Assembly (NCBI GenBank): GCA_044222475.1
Contig: JBGANF010000035.1
Location: forward strand, 1 to 64,000
Direction: 5' to 3'
Origin: Polyangiaceae bacterium
Lineage (GTDB): Bacteria > Myxococcota_A > Polyangia > Polyangiales > Polyangiaceae
Length of the DNA stretch: 64,000 nt
The notes beneath the pieces are model-generated. The model searched no databases and was not told the origin of the DNA. It worked only from the letters and a program-made list of their open reading frames with translations. Below, one piece after another: positions 43,786-54,145 of the stretch; within the stretch, counting starts at the first letter, position 1; every line of letters begins with the position of its first letter. The position numbers and the translations under genes were made by a program.

Positions 43786-43806
43786 AGCGTGTAGGCTCGG
43801 CGGCGG

Positions 43807-44790
43807 ATGAGCTCTCTCCTCGCCACCGTCGCCGGGCAAGCGACCGCGCTCGAGATTCTCCGGCGCGCGCTCCAGTCCGGCCGAGTCCACCACGCGTACC
43901 TCTTCGACGGCCCGCCCGGCGTCGGCAAGGAGCTCGCGGCGTACGGGCTCGCGCAGGCGCTCCTGTGCGAGACGCCGCGCGAAGATCGCGAGGCCTGCGG
44001 GGCGTGCTCCGCCTGCCTCCGCGCCGTGCCGAACGGCGGCCGGCCGAAGCACCCCGACGTGCATCTCGTGGGGCGCGGCGTGTACGAGCCCGCGCAGATC
44101 GGGCGCCGCACGCCCGAGACCCAGGACATCTCGATCGATCAGGTGCGCACCGTGGTCCTCGCGCGCGCGGCGTTTCCCCCGCACGAGGGCCGCGCGCGCA
44201 TCTACGTCGTCCGCGACGCCGACGAGCTCAGCACGTCGGCGGCGAACGCGCTGCTCAAGATCCTCGAGGAGCCGACGTCGCGCTCCCATTTCGTCCTCGT
44301 GACGTCGCGCGCCGACGCGCTCCTCTCGACGATCCGCTCGCGCACGCAGCGCGTTCGCTTCGGCGCACTGCCGACGAAAGACGTCGAGGCGATCCTCCTC
44401 CAGCGAGGGGTCCCCGCCGCGCTCGCGAGCTCCGCCGCCGCGCTGTCCGACGGGAGCGTCCACCAAGCGCTCGCGTTCGCCGACGAAGACGCGAGCCGAG
44501 TCCGCGACGACTTCGTCGACCGCGCAGTGCGCGCGCTCTCCGCCCCCACCCTCTCCGAGGCGCTCGCCATCGCGGACGACGCGAAGAAGACCAAGGACTC
44601 CCTCGGCGTGGCGCTCGAAGCGCTCGGCGCACGCTTCGCCGCCGACGCCCGACGCGACCCGACCGGTCGCACCGCCGCCCGAAGCGCGGCGCTCTTCGGG
44701 GAGGTCCAGCGCGCGCTCCGCGAGCTCGACCGCAACGCGTCGACTCAGCTCGCGATGGAGTCGTTCTTCATCCGCGCGCGCGCGGTCTAG
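43807..44790 (+). CDS. holB: DNA polymerase III subunit delta'
   Basis: HAYLFDGPPGVGK, Zn-binding C..CGACSAC, HPDV, AANALLKILEEP, TIRSR. Confidence 0.92.
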   Translation: MSSLLATVAGQATALEILRRALQSGRVHHAYLFDGPPGVGKELAAYGLAQALLCETPREDREACGACSACLRAVPNGGRPKHPDVHLVGRGVYEPAQIGRRTPETQDISIDQVRTVVLARAAFPPHEGRARIYVVRDADELSTSAANALLKILEEPTSRSHFVLVTSRADALLSTIRSRTQRVRFGALPTKDVEAILLQRGVPAALASSAAALSDGSVHQALAFADEDASRVRDDFVDRAVRALSAPTLSEALAIADDAKKTKDSLGVALEALGARFAADARRDPTGRTAARSAALFGEVQRALRELDRNASTQLAMESFFIRARAV

Positions 44791-44830
44791 CCTGGGGAAG
44801 GCGGCTCGCGCCGCCTCCGTCTACGCGTCG
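44787..44830 (+). repeat. Dispersed CTAG-initiated element, short copy
   Basis: CTAGCCTGGGGAAGGCGGCTCGCGCCGCCTCC followed by GTCTACGCGTCG, which matches the tail of the 16935 copy. Confidence 0.85.
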
Positions 44831-45492
44831 AGCGTGCTCTTGCCGGACGGCAGGACGTCGTAGCTCCCCGCGAGGAGCGACTGACCGAGGTACGCGTGGC
44901 ACGCGCCGTCGCCGGAGAGGACGATCAGGCGGCTGTCTCCGACTCCCGTGTATTCTGCAAAGATCAGCGACTTCGCGACGTCGGGCGTACCCGTCCCGAT
45001 GCGCGCGGCGTGGAGCGGCAGCCGTCGTCGGCGATCGAAGTGCGCGCCCTCGTGCTCGATCGCGCTCGGTGGCTCGCCCCGGACGCCAAGATCCTTGATC
45101 GGCCTCAGCCAGAGCAGCGCCGCGTCTTCCGCCGGCTCGGCGAGGACGGCGCGGTCACCGCCCGAGTCGGGCGATAGGAACAGCGCGAACAGCGGTGGCG
45201 CATCGGTCTCGTGGAGGACGACCGCGCCTGCGAGCCATGCTTCTTCCCCCGTCGACCGGAGGATCACGTCGCCCAAGCGACATGGAAAGCCGTCGAGCTG
45301 AGCTTCGGAGGCCACCTTCTTCGTCATTCCCTCACCCTTCGTGGACCCGCCCTTCTCCGCCGGTGCGCCCTCGTCGTCCTTCGCTTCGTCCTTCTCCTGC
45401 GCCGGCTTCTTCTTCTCGAACAGCGACGAGCCCACGAGTCGGCCGAGCAGAATGCCGCCCACCACGGCGAGCCCGGTCGCGATCAGGCTCAC
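44821..45492 (-). CDS. Hypothetical membrane-anchored protein
   Basis: GTG start overlaps the thiE stop; N-terminal hydrophobic helix; coding-like codon use. Confidence 0.65.
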   Translation of the reverse strand: MSLIATGLAVVGGILLGRLVGSSLFEKKKPAQEKDEAKDDEGAPAEKGGSTKGEGMTKKVASEAQLDGFPCRLGDVILRSTGEEAWLAGAVVLHETDAPPLFALFLSPDSGGDRAVLAEPAEDAALLWLRPIKDLGVRGEPPSAIEHEGAHFDRRRRLPLHAARIGTGTPDVAKSLIFAEYTGVGDSRLIVLSGDGACHAYLGQSLLAGSYDVLPSGKSTLDA

Positions 45493-46184
45493 GCCGCGCC
45501 TCGCTTCGCCGCGCCGCGCGCGATGGCCTCGGCGTAGGCGCGCGCACGCGCCGTGACGTCCTCGTACGGATCCGCCGCGGACTCGGACGGCAGAAGACCG
45601 GCGATGACGGCGACGGCGTCGGCCCATTCGGCGACGAGCTCGGCGCGACGAGCGTCGATCCCGCCGATCGCCACGAGCGGCACGCCGCCGCCGTGATCGC
45701 GACCGAACACGTGGACGATGCGCGCCGCCTGGCGCAGACCCTCGATGCCCACGACGGGATCCGGCTGCTCCTTCGACGCGGTCGAGAAGATCGGCCCGTA
45801 CGCGACGTACCAGGGAGACCGCGAGAGCGCGGTGCTCAGCTGCTCCGGGTCGTGGGTGGAGATCCCGAGCGCGAGCGTCGGCGCGATGCGACGCGCGAGG
45901 ACCGGCGAGACGTCTTCCTGGCCGACGTGGAGTGCGTCGCAGCCTGCATGGAGGGCGAGCTCGATGTGATCGTTCGCGACGAGCGGCACGCCGTGCGCGC
46001 GACAGCGGACGCCGAGCTCGGACAAGAGCGCGAGCGTTCGCTCGCGGGGAGCGTGCTTCGCTCGGAGCTGCACCGCGGCGGGTGACGCGCGGAGGATCGC
46101 CTCGGTGAACGCGAGCGGGTCGAGCCCGCGCGCGTCGAGGGCGTCGAGATCGACGATCGCGTAGAGACCACGGAGCGACGGCAT
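45489..46184 (-). CDS. thiE: Thiamine phosphate synthase
   Basis: [39 protein letters not shown]. Confidence 0.93.
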   Translation of the reverse strand: MPSLRGLYAIVDLDALDARGLDPLAFTEAILRASPAAVQLRAKHAPRERTLALLSELGVRCRAHGVPLVANDHIELALHAGCDALHVGQEDVSPVLARRIAPTLALGISTHDPEQLSTALSRSPWYVAYGPIFSTASKEQPDPVVGIEGLRQAARIVHVFGRDHGGGVPLVAIGGIDARRAELVAEWADAVAVIAGLLPSESAADPYEDVTARARAYAEAIARGAAKRGAA

Positions 46185-46196
46185 CGGACCTTTCGT

Positions 46197-47360
46197 CTAC
46201 GGCTCGGGAGCGAGCGCGTCAACCGGCAGCTCCGCCGCTTCGCACTGGGCTTCCGTGCACCGCTCGACTCGGCTCGGCGCCTGCTCGGCCGCTGCGGGGA
46301 TGGCGATCCGGAGAACGTCCCCGCGCGCCGCCCGCGCGATCGCGTCGCCCTTCACCGCGTCGCGGTCGAGGCGAACGGCGCGCGTGAGGGTCGGACCGTC
46401 GCAGAGGAGCAGCTCGCGCTTGCCCTTCGTGATCCGCGGCGACGCGACGAGGCGGTGCAGGTTCTCTCGCCCCAGCTTGGCGGCGAGGTTCGCGCCGTCG
46501 CGTCGAAGCGCGAGGTACGAGAACGTGAGACCCTGCCACCGCAGTCCCGCCGCGCGCGCGAGAGGCTCCGCGAAGCGCGGCAGGTCGACCGCGCGATCCT
46601 CGTGGCACCAGTCGTCCTTCGTGTGGAGCATCGGGCACGCTTCGCGGTGGAGGCACGGCGAGAAGACCCGCCCGCGGAGGCGATCGCGCACGCGGTGCAG
46701 GTGCCGAGTCCGTTCGCGGAGCGCGGGCTCGACGACGAGGAGCGTTCCGTCGTCCGCGAGCGAGCCGTCGAGCAGCTCCTCGATCCAGCTCGCGTGACGT
46801 TCGGCGCGGGCCGTTGCCTCCACTCCGAGATCGAGCTCGCTCAAGACCTGCCCGAGAAGGATCACGTCGAACCGTCCCTCGGGAGCTGCACCACGCACGG
46901 AGCGCGCCACGATTCGCGGCGCGACGGAGAGTCCCTGGAGCGGCCACTCTCGCACGACGTCCCGCGCGACGGCGAGCGCGGCCGCGTCGGCATCGACCAG
47001 ACACGCATCGACGACCCCGCTCGCGGCCGCGCGAGTCAGAGCGAGCGCGAGACCGAGGGTGCTCGCGCCGAGCCCGGCTCCGAGATCGAGCACGCGGAGC
47101 GGCGCGCCCGGTACGACGCGAAGCAAGCCGGTCGCGACGAGCTCGCGCGCGGCCCACGCCATCTTGGGCACGTCCCGAACGACCGAGAAGAGCAGGCGCG
47201 CGGCGAGGATCTCCGGCCGCGTGCGCGTCACGCCGGTGGCGTTGTAGTCGCGCGACAGCTCGGCGAGCGCCTTCGCGACGACGCCGGGAGCGGTCGGGAG
47301 GCCATGGCGCGCCGCGATCTCGGCGAGCACGGGCTGCACGTTCTCGGCGACGAACCGCAT
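46197..47360 (-). CDS. Rsm22/METTL17-like SAM-dependent methyltransferase
   Basis: [39 protein letters not shown]; start ATG 47360. Confidence 0.8.
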   Translation of the reverse strand: MRFVAENVQPVLAEIAARHGLPTAPGVVAKALAELSRDYNATGVTRTRPEILAARLLFSVVRDVPKMAWAARELVATGLLRVVPGAPLRVLDLGAGLGASTLGLALALTRAAASGVVDACLVDADAAALAVARDVVREWPLQGLSVAPRIVARSVRGAAPEGRFDVILLGQVLSELDLGVEATARAERHASWIEELLDGSLADDGTLLVVEPALRERTRHLHRVRDRLRGRVFSPCLHREACPMLHTKDDWCHEDRAVDLPRFAEPLARAAGLRWQGLTFSYLALRRDGANLAAKLGRENLHRLVASPRITKGKRELLLCDGPTLTRAVRLDRDAVKGDAIARAARGDVLRIAIPAAAEQAPSRVERCTEAQCEAAELPVDALAPEP

Positions 47361-47384
47361 TCCGCCACGGTAGTCTTCCGCTCG

Positions 47385-47807
47385 TTGAGCCCGCAAGCGG
47401 TCGAGATCGAGGTCGCCGGCGCGATCGTCTTCCGCGACGACGGCGCCGTGCTCCTCGTGAAGCGCGGTCGAGCGCCGTCGGCCGGGACGTGGTCGCTCCC
47501 CGGCGGTCGCATCGAGCAAGGCGAGACTCCCGAAGCGGCCGCCGTGCGAGAGGTCCGCGAGGAGACCGGGCTCGTCGTCCACGAGCCTCGACACCTCGAG
47601 ATCGTCCGCATCGAGGACTCCGACGTCACCTACCTCATCCACGAGATCGTCTGCGAGATCTCCGGGGACGCGATCGCGCTCGTCCCGGGCGACGACGCGG
47701 CTGCGGCCGAGTGGGTCCACGATCTCGAGACCTACGGCGCCACGGCAGCCGTCCAAGGCGTCGTCTCCCGCGCCCGGGCGCTCCGTGCTACCAAGGTCGC
47801 TCGATGA
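47385..47807 (+). CDS. NUDIX hydrolase
   Basis: Nudix box [24 protein letters not shown]; start TTG 47385 is inferred. Confidence 0.9.
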   Translation: MSPQAVEIEVAGAIVFRDDGAVLLVKRGRAPSAGTWSLPGGRIEQGETPEAAAVREVREETGLVVHEPRHLEIVRIEDSDVTYLIHEIVCEISGDAIALVPGDDAAAAEWVHDLETYGATAAVQGVVSRARALRATKVAR

Positions 47808-48733
47808 AGTCGCTCTCGCCCGTCACGGTCGTCACGATCGCGGTCGCATGCGCTGCGCTCACGGGCACCCTCGGTTGCTCGAAGTCGCCGCCACCGTCCC
47901 AGCTCCCCAACGCCCAGGCGGCCATCGATCGCATGCGCGCGACGACGTCGTGCGGGAACGCGATCCAAGCGAACGACGTGAAGATCGATCAGTTCTCGAA
48001 GCAAGGGCGCATCCGCGGCACCGTGTCGCTGTTCGCCGAGCGACCCGATCACCTGCGCATCGGCGTCTTCGCGCCGGTCGTGAACACGCTCATCGCCGAG
48101 CTCGCCACCGACGGCACGCGCTTCCAGCTCAAAGACGATCGCGAGTCGCGCTTCTACACGGGCCCGGCGACCGCCTGCAACATCGCCCGCCTCACCGGCG
48201 TCCCGATCCCGGGCCGCGTGCTCGTGAACCTGCTCCGCGGCCTCGCTCCGGTCGTCAAGCACGACGCTCCGGGCCTCGCCGCGCCGACGATCGAGTGGAG
48301 CGGCAGCGGCTACTACGTCGTCCGCGTCGCGGGCACGCAAGAGACGACGCAGGAGCTCCACCTCACGCCGCGTCCGGACGACTGGAACAAACCGTGGGCG
48401 GAGCAGCGGATGCGCGTGCTCGACGTGAGCGTCACCCAGAAGGGCGTGCTCATCTATCACGCCGAGCTCGAGGGACACGAGGTCGCGCCGATGGCCAAGG
48501 TCGAGCCGCCCACCCCCGAGGACATCGCGCTCGGCCAGGACGCGACGCCGCTGAGCGGCCCCACGTGCGACGCCGAGATCCCGATGCGCATCCACGTCGA
48601 GGTGCCGTCGCTCGAGGAGGACGTGCTCTTCCGCTACGACAAGGTGCTGTGGAATCCGCCGCTGCCGATGGGCAAGTTCATCCTGCCGACGCCGCAGGGG
48701 ATGCCGGCCCAGGAAGTCACCTGCGAGGAGTGA
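47804..48733 (+). CDS. Lipoprotein, possibly LolB/DUF4292-like
   Basis: Lipobox LGC; beta-rich body (RPDHLRI); ATGA overlap with the NUDIX gene. Confidence 0.6.
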   Translation: MKSLSPVTVVTIAVACAALTGTLGCSKSPPPSQLPNAQAAIDRMRATTSCGNAIQANDVKIDQFSKQGRIRGTVSLFAERPDHLRIGVFAPVVNTLIAELATDGTRFQLKDDRESRFYTGPATACNIARLTGVPIPGRVLVNLLRGLAPVVKHDAPGLAAPTIEWSGSGYYVVRVAGTQETTQELHLTPRPDDWNKPWAEQRMRVLDVSVTQKGVLIYHAELEGHEVAPMAKVEPPTPEDIALGQDATPLSGPTCDAEIPMRIHVEVPSLEEDVLFRYDKVLWNPPLPMGKFILPTPQGMPAQEVTCEE

Positions 48734-49460
48734 TCCTCGCGGCGTCGTCGGTGATGCACCAGTCGACACCCCAGCCGTAGAGACGCGACGCCTCCTCGGG
48801 ATCGTTCACGGTCCACACTCCGACGCGCACGCCGCGCCGCTTCATCGCCCGGACGAAGCGCTCGTCCACCTGGGTCCGCTCGGGGTGCACCGCGTGGATG
48901 AGCCGGCGACGCGCGAAGGCGAACGCCGCCGGGCGGCTCCACCGGCGCGACGGATGGAGCAACCACGCCCGAGGTGCGCGCGGAAAGGCGACCGCGCAGA
49001 ACGCGAGCAGCCGCGGGTCGAAGGACGAGAAGAGGACGTCGGCTCCGCTCCGCCGGGCGATCTCGGCGGTGCGGACTGCGAGGCGCCAGTGCGGCCCCCC
49101 GTCCCGCTTGAGCTCCACGTTGACCGCGAGGCGCCGTTCCTTGCACCATGCAAGCACTTCGCCGAGCCGCGGCGCGCGACCGCCGCCCACCAGCTCGATG
49201 GCGCCGAGCACCGGTGCGCCGAGATCGATGACCGCGCGACGATCGGCGCCGCCGGTCATCCGCTCGAGCGTCGCGTCGTGAAACACGACGACGTCGTCGT
49301 CCGCGGTGAGGCGCACGTCGAGCTCGATGCCGTCTGCGCCGGCGTCGGCCGCACGAGCGAAGGCGGCGAGCGTGTTCTCCGCGGGGAGGCTCTCTCCGTC
49401 GATCGGGCGCACGCCGCGGTGGCCGAGCACGAGCCGGGATCCGGCGAACCGCGAGCTCAC
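48717..49460 (-). CDS. Glycerophosphodiester phosphodiesterase
   Basis: GHRG, ENTLAAF, ELDVRLTAD, VFHD, VELK, SSFD, WTVND, GVD..ITD. Confidence 0.92.
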   Translation of the reverse strand: MSSRFAGSRLVLGHRGVRPIDGESLPAENTLAAFARAADAGADGIELDVRLTADDDVVVFHDATLERMTGGADRRAVIDLGAPVLGAIELVGGGRAPRLGEVLAWCKERRLAVNVELKRDGGPHWRLAVRTAEIARRSGADVLFSSFDPRLLAFCAVAFPRAPRAWLLHPSRRWSRPAAFAFARRRLIHAVHPERTQVDERFVRAMKRRGVRVGVWTVNDPEEASRLYGWGVDWCITDDAARITPRR

Positions 49461-50437
49461 GGAATCGAGAGCTCTTCCGCGAGCGCCGCCGCGAGCGCCT
49501 TCGCGCGCTCCACGTCGCCCGACGGGAGGCTGATCGCCCCGACGACCGGGTGCCCGCCGCCGCCGTGGCGCTCGCAGATCTTCGCGATGTCGTGGGTGCG
49601 CGGCACGTTCGACCAGGGGTTGTATCCGAGGCTCAGCTTGCACTTCGACGCCGAGCGCGTGAGGAGGATCGAGTAGGCCGACGTCGGGTAGAGCGCGTAG
49701 GTGACGAACTTCGCCGCGGTCTCGATCGAGACGTGGCTCAGGTCGACGAGCACCGCGGAGCCGATCACGCGCGCGTGCTTCTTCACGAGCTCGACGAAGC
49801 CCTGCTGAGCCGCGCGAAGCGGGAGGTACGCCTCTTGGACGGCCTTGCCGCGCGCGACCTCGTCGAGCGGGCGCGTGAGGAGCTCCGGTACCATCTTGGT
49901 CAAGAACGACGCGTCGCCGTGGTTCTCGACGACGGTCATGAGCTGCAGCGCGGGCTCGTTGCGATCGACCGCCATCTCGGCCGAGGGGAAGCGCGCGGCG
50001 TCGATGATGTCGGCCCAGCGGACGAGCTCCGTGAGACCGAGGGCCTCCACGTCGAAGCCGAAGCGGGCCTTTCCGACGTCGGCGATGAGCTTGGTGCACG
50101 ACGAGTACGTCCCGTCGTGGAACATGCGCGGCGGCGTCACGGTCGCGGCTTGCGAGAACGCCTCGCGATCGTCGGGGGTCGGGAACGCGGAGACGTGGTG
50201 GTCGAAGTACCACGTGAGGTTCTTCGCGCGGCTGAACCGAAAGTCGAGGATCGCGTTGACGTCGCCGTCGAGCACGGCGGGGTCGACCCCGTTCTGTCCC
50301 GGCCCGTACCCCGCTCCGAGGTAGCGAAACGCCGCGGTGCCCGCGCCCTCGATGTGCTCGTACAGGCGCGTGAAGAGCACCGCCGAGGCGAGCCCGTCGA
50401 AACAGTGACCGTGAGTGGCGACGACCACGCTCTTCAT
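49457..50437 (-). CDS. DHH-family phosphoesterase
   Basis: HGHCFDG, ILDF, FDHH, GGGGHPVVG; start ATG 50437. Confidence 0.8.
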   Translation of the reverse strand: MKSVVVATHGHCFDGLASAVLFTRLYEHIEGAGTAAFRYLGAGYGPGQNGVDPAVLDGDVNAILDFRFSRAKNLTWYFDHHVSAFPTPDDREAFSQAATVTPPRMFHDGTYSSCTKLIADVGKARFGFDVEALGLTELVRWADIIDAARFPSAEMAVDRNEPALQLMTVVENHGDASFLTKMVPELLTRPLDEVARGKAVQEAYLPLRAAQQGFVELVKKHARVIGSAVLVDLSHVSIETAAKFVTYALYPTSAYSILLTRSASKCKLSLGYNPWSNVPRTHDIAKICERHGGGGHPVVGAISLPSGDVERAKALAAALAEELSIP

Positions 50438-50491
50438 GCTCCCGCTGTTAACACGAAAACCGATGTCGAAACCCGCGTATCTTTCTCGGCG

Positions 50492-50851
50492 ATGCGCCTC
50501 CATCACCTCGCGTTGCGAACGCGTCACCTCGATCGCCTCGAGGCGTTCTACGTCGGGCTGCTCGGGCTCCCGGTGCGATCGCGCAGCGAGCGCGGGGTGT
50601 GGCTCGACGCCGGCGGCACGATCCTGATGCTCGAGCACGCCGAGGTCGGCGAGAGCGAGCCCTCGGCCGGGTCGAAGGAGCTCGTCTGCTTCGCGATCGC
50701 CCCCTCCGAGCGAGCCGCCTGGGAGGTGGCCCTCCATCGAGCTGGGGTCCCCCTCGAAGGCACCACCCAATTTACGCTGTACTTTCGCGACCCTGACGGC
50801 CGCCGCGTAGGGCTCAGCCACCATCCAGACCCGCCGATTTCACCTGCGTGA
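50492..50851 (+). CDS. VOC/glyoxalase family protein
   Basis: LHHLALR..FY..LLG and LYFRDPDG. Confidence 0.88.
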   Translation: MRLHHLALRTRHLDRLEAFYVGLLGLPVRSRSERGVWLDAGGTILMLEHAEVGESEPSAGSKELVCFAIAPSERAAWEVALHRAGVPLEGTTQFTLYFRDPDGRRVGLSHHPDPPISPA

Positions 50852-50879
50852 GGTAGGACGAACTGCTACCCTCACGTCC

Positions 50880-52352
50880 GTGCAGCCTGCGGTGCCCAAC
50901 GCACCCGAGACCCCCTCCCTGATCGGTCCCGGGACCCGCCTCGGACGCTACGAAGTGATCGCTCACCTCGCCTCCGGGGGGATGGCGAACGTGTACCTCG
51001 GGCGGGCGATCGGCGCGGCCGGGTTCACGCGCCTCGTCGCGATCAAGTGCCTCCACCCGCACATTGCCGCCGACCAACAGTTCGTGAGCATGTTCCTCGA
51101 CGAAGCTCGGCTCGCGGCGAGGATCCGCCACCCCAACGTCGTGGCGACCCTCGATCTCGAGCGAAGCGCCGAGGGCCTGTACCTCGTCATGGAGTACGTC
51201 GAGGGCGACTCGCTCCTCGGCATCCTGCGCAGCACCGTGAAGGCCGGCCGCCCGATCCCTGCCGGCATCGCGATCCGCATCATGCTCGACGCGCTCGCCG
51301 GGCTTCACGCCGCTCACGAGCTCACCGACGATCAGGGAGTGCCGCTCCAGCTCGTCCATCGCGACGTGTCGCCGCACAACATCATGGTCGGTACCGACGG
51401 CGTCACGCGCCTCACCGATTTCGGCATCGCGCGCGCGGAAGAGCGCGTGAGCCACACGCGCGACGGGCAGCTCAAGGGCAAGCTGAGCTACATGGCGCCG
51501 GAGCAGACCACGAGCGATCCGGTCGATCGCCGCGTCGACATCTTCACCGCGGGCATCGTCCTCTGGGAGTGCCTCGCGTCGAAGCGCCTGTTCCGCGGTA
51601 CGACGGACGCGGAGGTGTTGCGCAGCCTCCTCGAGCACCCCATCCCGCGGCTCCGGGAAGTCTCGCCCGCCTTTCCGCAAGCGCTCGACGACGTCGTGGC
51701 GCGCGCTCTGCGCCGCCCGGTCGACGAGCGGTTCGACACCGCCGCCGAGTTCGCCGAAGCGCTCGAGGAAGCCGCCGAGCCGCTCGGGATCGCGTCGCCC
51801 AAGGTCGTCGGTGCGTACCTTCGTGAGATCGTCGCGCCCCAAGTCGAGGAGGTGCAGCGGCGCATCCGCGCTTGGTCCGAGGCGCCGCGCGCCATGCCGC
51901 CAGCGCCGGCGCCAGGAAAGGTGTCTCCGGAGGACTCGTCGGTGCGCGCGCGCTCGGGCACGCCGGTGGTCGTCCCGCAGCGCTTCCCGTCCTCGCCCGA
52001 CACCGGAACGACGTCGACGCGGCGCCCGGTCCTCATCGCGATCGCGGCTGCGGCGTTGGTCCTCATCGGCGCGTCGGTCGCCACCGCGACGTTGCTCTTC
52101 GCCAACTCGCGCGCGAGCTCGGCCGCAGCATCGGCCACGCCCACCGTCGATCATCCCACCGCGACGGCCACCGTCGAAGCGCCGACCGCCACCGCATCCG
52201 CGACCGCATCGGCCACGCCTTCGGCGAGCGCCACCGCGACGCACACCGCGAAGACGACGCCCCACTTCGTGCCGACCGCCAGGCCCACGGCGACGGCGAA
52301 AGCGTCCGGCACCGCGCCCGTCGGCAGCGCGTTCAATCCCGAAGGGATGTGA
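50880..52352 (+). CDS. Membrane Ser/Thr protein kinase
   Basis: ASGGMANVY, AIK, HRDVSPHN, DFG, GKLSYMAPE; TM helix; Ala/Thr-rich stalk ending FNPEGM. Confidence 0.93.
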   Translation: MQPAVPNAPETPSLIGPGTRLGRYEVIAHLASGGMANVYLGRAIGAAGFTRLVAIKCLHPHIAADQQFVSMFLDEARLAARIRHPNVVATLDLERSAEGLYLVMEYVEGDSLLGILRSTVKAGRPIPAGIAIRIMLDALAGLHAAHELTDDQGVPLQLVHRDVSPHNIMVGTDGVTRLTDFGIARAEERVSHTRDGQLKGKLSYMAPEQTTSDPVDRRVDIFTAGIVLWECLASKRLFRGTTDAEVLRSLLEHPIPRLREVSPAFPQALDDVVARALRRPVDERFDTAAEFAEALEEAAEPLGIASPKVVGAYLREIVAPQVEEVQRRIRAWSEAPRAMPPAPAPGKVSPEDSSVRARSGTPVVVPQRFPSSPDTGTTSTRRPVLIAIAAAALVLIGASVATATLLFANSRASSAAASATPTVDHPTATATVEAPTATASATASATPSASATATHTAKTTPHFVPTARPTATAKASGTAPVGSAFNPEGM

Positions 52353-52355
52353 GCG

Positions 52356-53429
52356 ATGCGCAGCCGTCGCGTTCCCGCCGTGCTCGCCGCGCTCGTCGCC
52401 CTCTCCCTCGCGTCGGCCCACGCAGGCGCACAGACGAGCGAAGCGATCGCGCAGGCCCGCTTCTCGAAGGGCCGCGATCTCTTCCTCGCCAAGAGCTACG
52501 ACGCCGCGCTCGTGGAGTTCCGCGCCGCGGCCGAGCTGCTCGAGAGCCCGAACGCACGCCTCTACATCGCGCGCTGCGAGCGCGAGCTCGGCCGCTATGC
52601 CGCCGCCTACGTCGATTTCCAGCGCGCCGCGAGCGAAGCCGCCGACCGAGCCCAGACCGATCCTCGCTACGTGACCACCCGTGACACCGCGAAGCAAGAG
52701 GGTGCGGCGGTCGAGCCGAAGCTCGGGCGCGTCACGATCCTCTCGCCCACCCCGCCATCCGGAGCGTCGATCACGGTCAACGGCAACCCCGTCGTGATGG
52801 CTGCGCTCGGCGTCGCCGGTCCGATCGATCCAGGCAAGGTCGAGGTCGTTGCTCAAGCGAACGGCTACGTCACGTTCAAGCGAACCGTCGACGTGGGCGC
52901 CGGCGAAGGGATCGAGGTCACGATCAAGTGGGAGGTCGATCCCAACGCGAAGAAGCCCGACCCGCCGGTGAACCCGCCGCCGCCACCCGACAACGGCAGC
53001 GGCAGCGGCAGCGGCAACGTGACGCCACCTCCCGTCGATGGTCCGCCGGTCGAGCCTCCGCCCGACCGCCAGGTGAAGACCGGCGGAGGAGCGCGCACCG
53101 CCGGGTTCGTCGTCGGCGGGCTGGGCCTCGCTGGAGTGGTCGCGTTCGGCGTCTTCGCCGGCCTCGCGCAGTCGCGTTTCGACTCGCTCAAGAGCACGTG
53201 CGGCGGCCGCTGTGATCCCTCCTACGAAGACAAGATCAAAGGCGGCGAGTCCCTGCAGACCGGCGCCAACGTCGCGCTCGGCCTCGGCGGTACGTTCCTC
53301 GTCGTCGGCGCGATCCTCATCGCGATCGGTGGCCCGAAGTACGTCACCGCCCCGACCCAGACCACGTTCGTCCCTTACCTCGGCATCGACGGCCATGGCG
53401 CCAGCTTCGGAGTCAGCCGTGCGTTCTAG
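52356..53429 (+). CDS. Secreted TPR + PEGA-like protein with C-terminal membrane anchor
   Basis: Signal peptide, TPR helices (A..EF..A..PN..LYIARC), PEGA-like beta domain, Pro-rich linker, two Gly-rich hydrophobic segments, ends GASFGVSRAF. Confidence 0.8.
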   Translation: MRSRRVPAVLAALVALSLASAHAGAQTSEAIAQARFSKGRDLFLAKSYDAALVEFRAAAELLESPNARLYIARCERELGRYAAAYVDFQRAASEAADRAQTDPRYVTTRDTAKQEGAAVEPKLGRVTILSPTPPSGASITVNGNPVVMAALGVAGPIDPGKVEVVAQANGYVTFKRTVDVGAGEGIEVTIKWEVDPNAKKPDPPVNPPPPPDNGSGSGSGNVTPPPVDGPPVEPPPDRQVKTGGGARTAGFVVGGLGLAGVVAFGVFAGLAQSRFDSLKSTCGGRCDPSYEDKIKGGESLQTGANVALGLGGTFLVVGAILIAIGGPKYVTAPTQTTFVPYLGIDGHGASFGVSRAF

Positions 53430-54096
53430 AGGCGCGGGGAGGTGGCTCGTGGTCCTTGCGGGGCTGTTCCTCGCGCCGGCCTGCATCCTCGACTGGGACT
53501 CGCTGCGCGGCGGCGTCGCGGTCGACGCCGGCGCCGATGTACCAAAAGGGGACAGCGGAGACGCCGCCTCCGACGCGCCACCGTGCAAGCTGCAGCTCCT
53601 CGTCAACGAGGTCCAGCTCGCGGGTCCGCTGGGCCCCTCGGACGAATTCGTCGAGCTCCGGAACGACGCCGACTGCGGCGGCTCGCTCGCCGGGTACGAG
53701 CTCCGCTACAGCTCCGCCGGCGGGAGCAGCCCGAACGCCGTCTGGACGGGCACCACCGAGACGATCGAGGCGAAGGGCTACGCCGTGATCGGCGGCAAGG
53801 CGTTCCAAGGAACGACCAACCTCGTCGGTCGCTGGATCGGGGACACCGGCAACGGAGTCCTCAGCGCGACCGGTGGCGGCGTCGGCCTCTTCGGACCGGA
53901 CCTGCTCTTGGTCGACAGCGTCGCGTACGAGACGCTCACCAACAAGAACCACCCCTTCCTCAAGCCCCAGGGCGGGACGGGCGCGACGAACCCGGGAAGC
54001 GGAAAATCGATCGCGCGCACTCCGGACGGCACCAACACGAGCACGAACGCGAGCGACTTCAAGGTCGCCACGCCGACCCCCGGCGCAAGCAACTGA
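53419..54096 (+). CDS. Lamin-tail-domain (LTD) lipoprotein
   Basis: Lipobox APAC; LLVNEV..DEFVELRN, SIARTPDG..DF..TPTPG; GTG start overlaps the upstream gene. Confidence 0.8.
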   Translation: MRSRGAGRWLVVLAGLFLAPACILDWDSLRGGVAVDAGADVPKGDSGDAASDAPPCKLQLLVNEVQLAGPLGPSDEFVELRNDADCGGSLAGYELRYSSAGGSSPNAVWTGTTETIEAKGYAVIGGKAFQGTTNLVGRWIGDTGNGVLSATGGGVGLFGPDLLLVDSVAYETLTNKNHPFLKPQGGTGATNPGSGKSIARTPDGTNTSTNASDFKVATPTPGASN

Positions 54097-54145
54097 CGGC
54101 CGGTTTTCCTTGCGCGTGGCACCGAGTCGCTCGATTCTGGCGGCG

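Noticed and set aside
54117..54131. Sigma-54 promoter TGGCACCGAGTCGCT before the 54146 lipoprotein
   Set aside because: GG-to-GC spacing is 9 rather than the strictly required 10.
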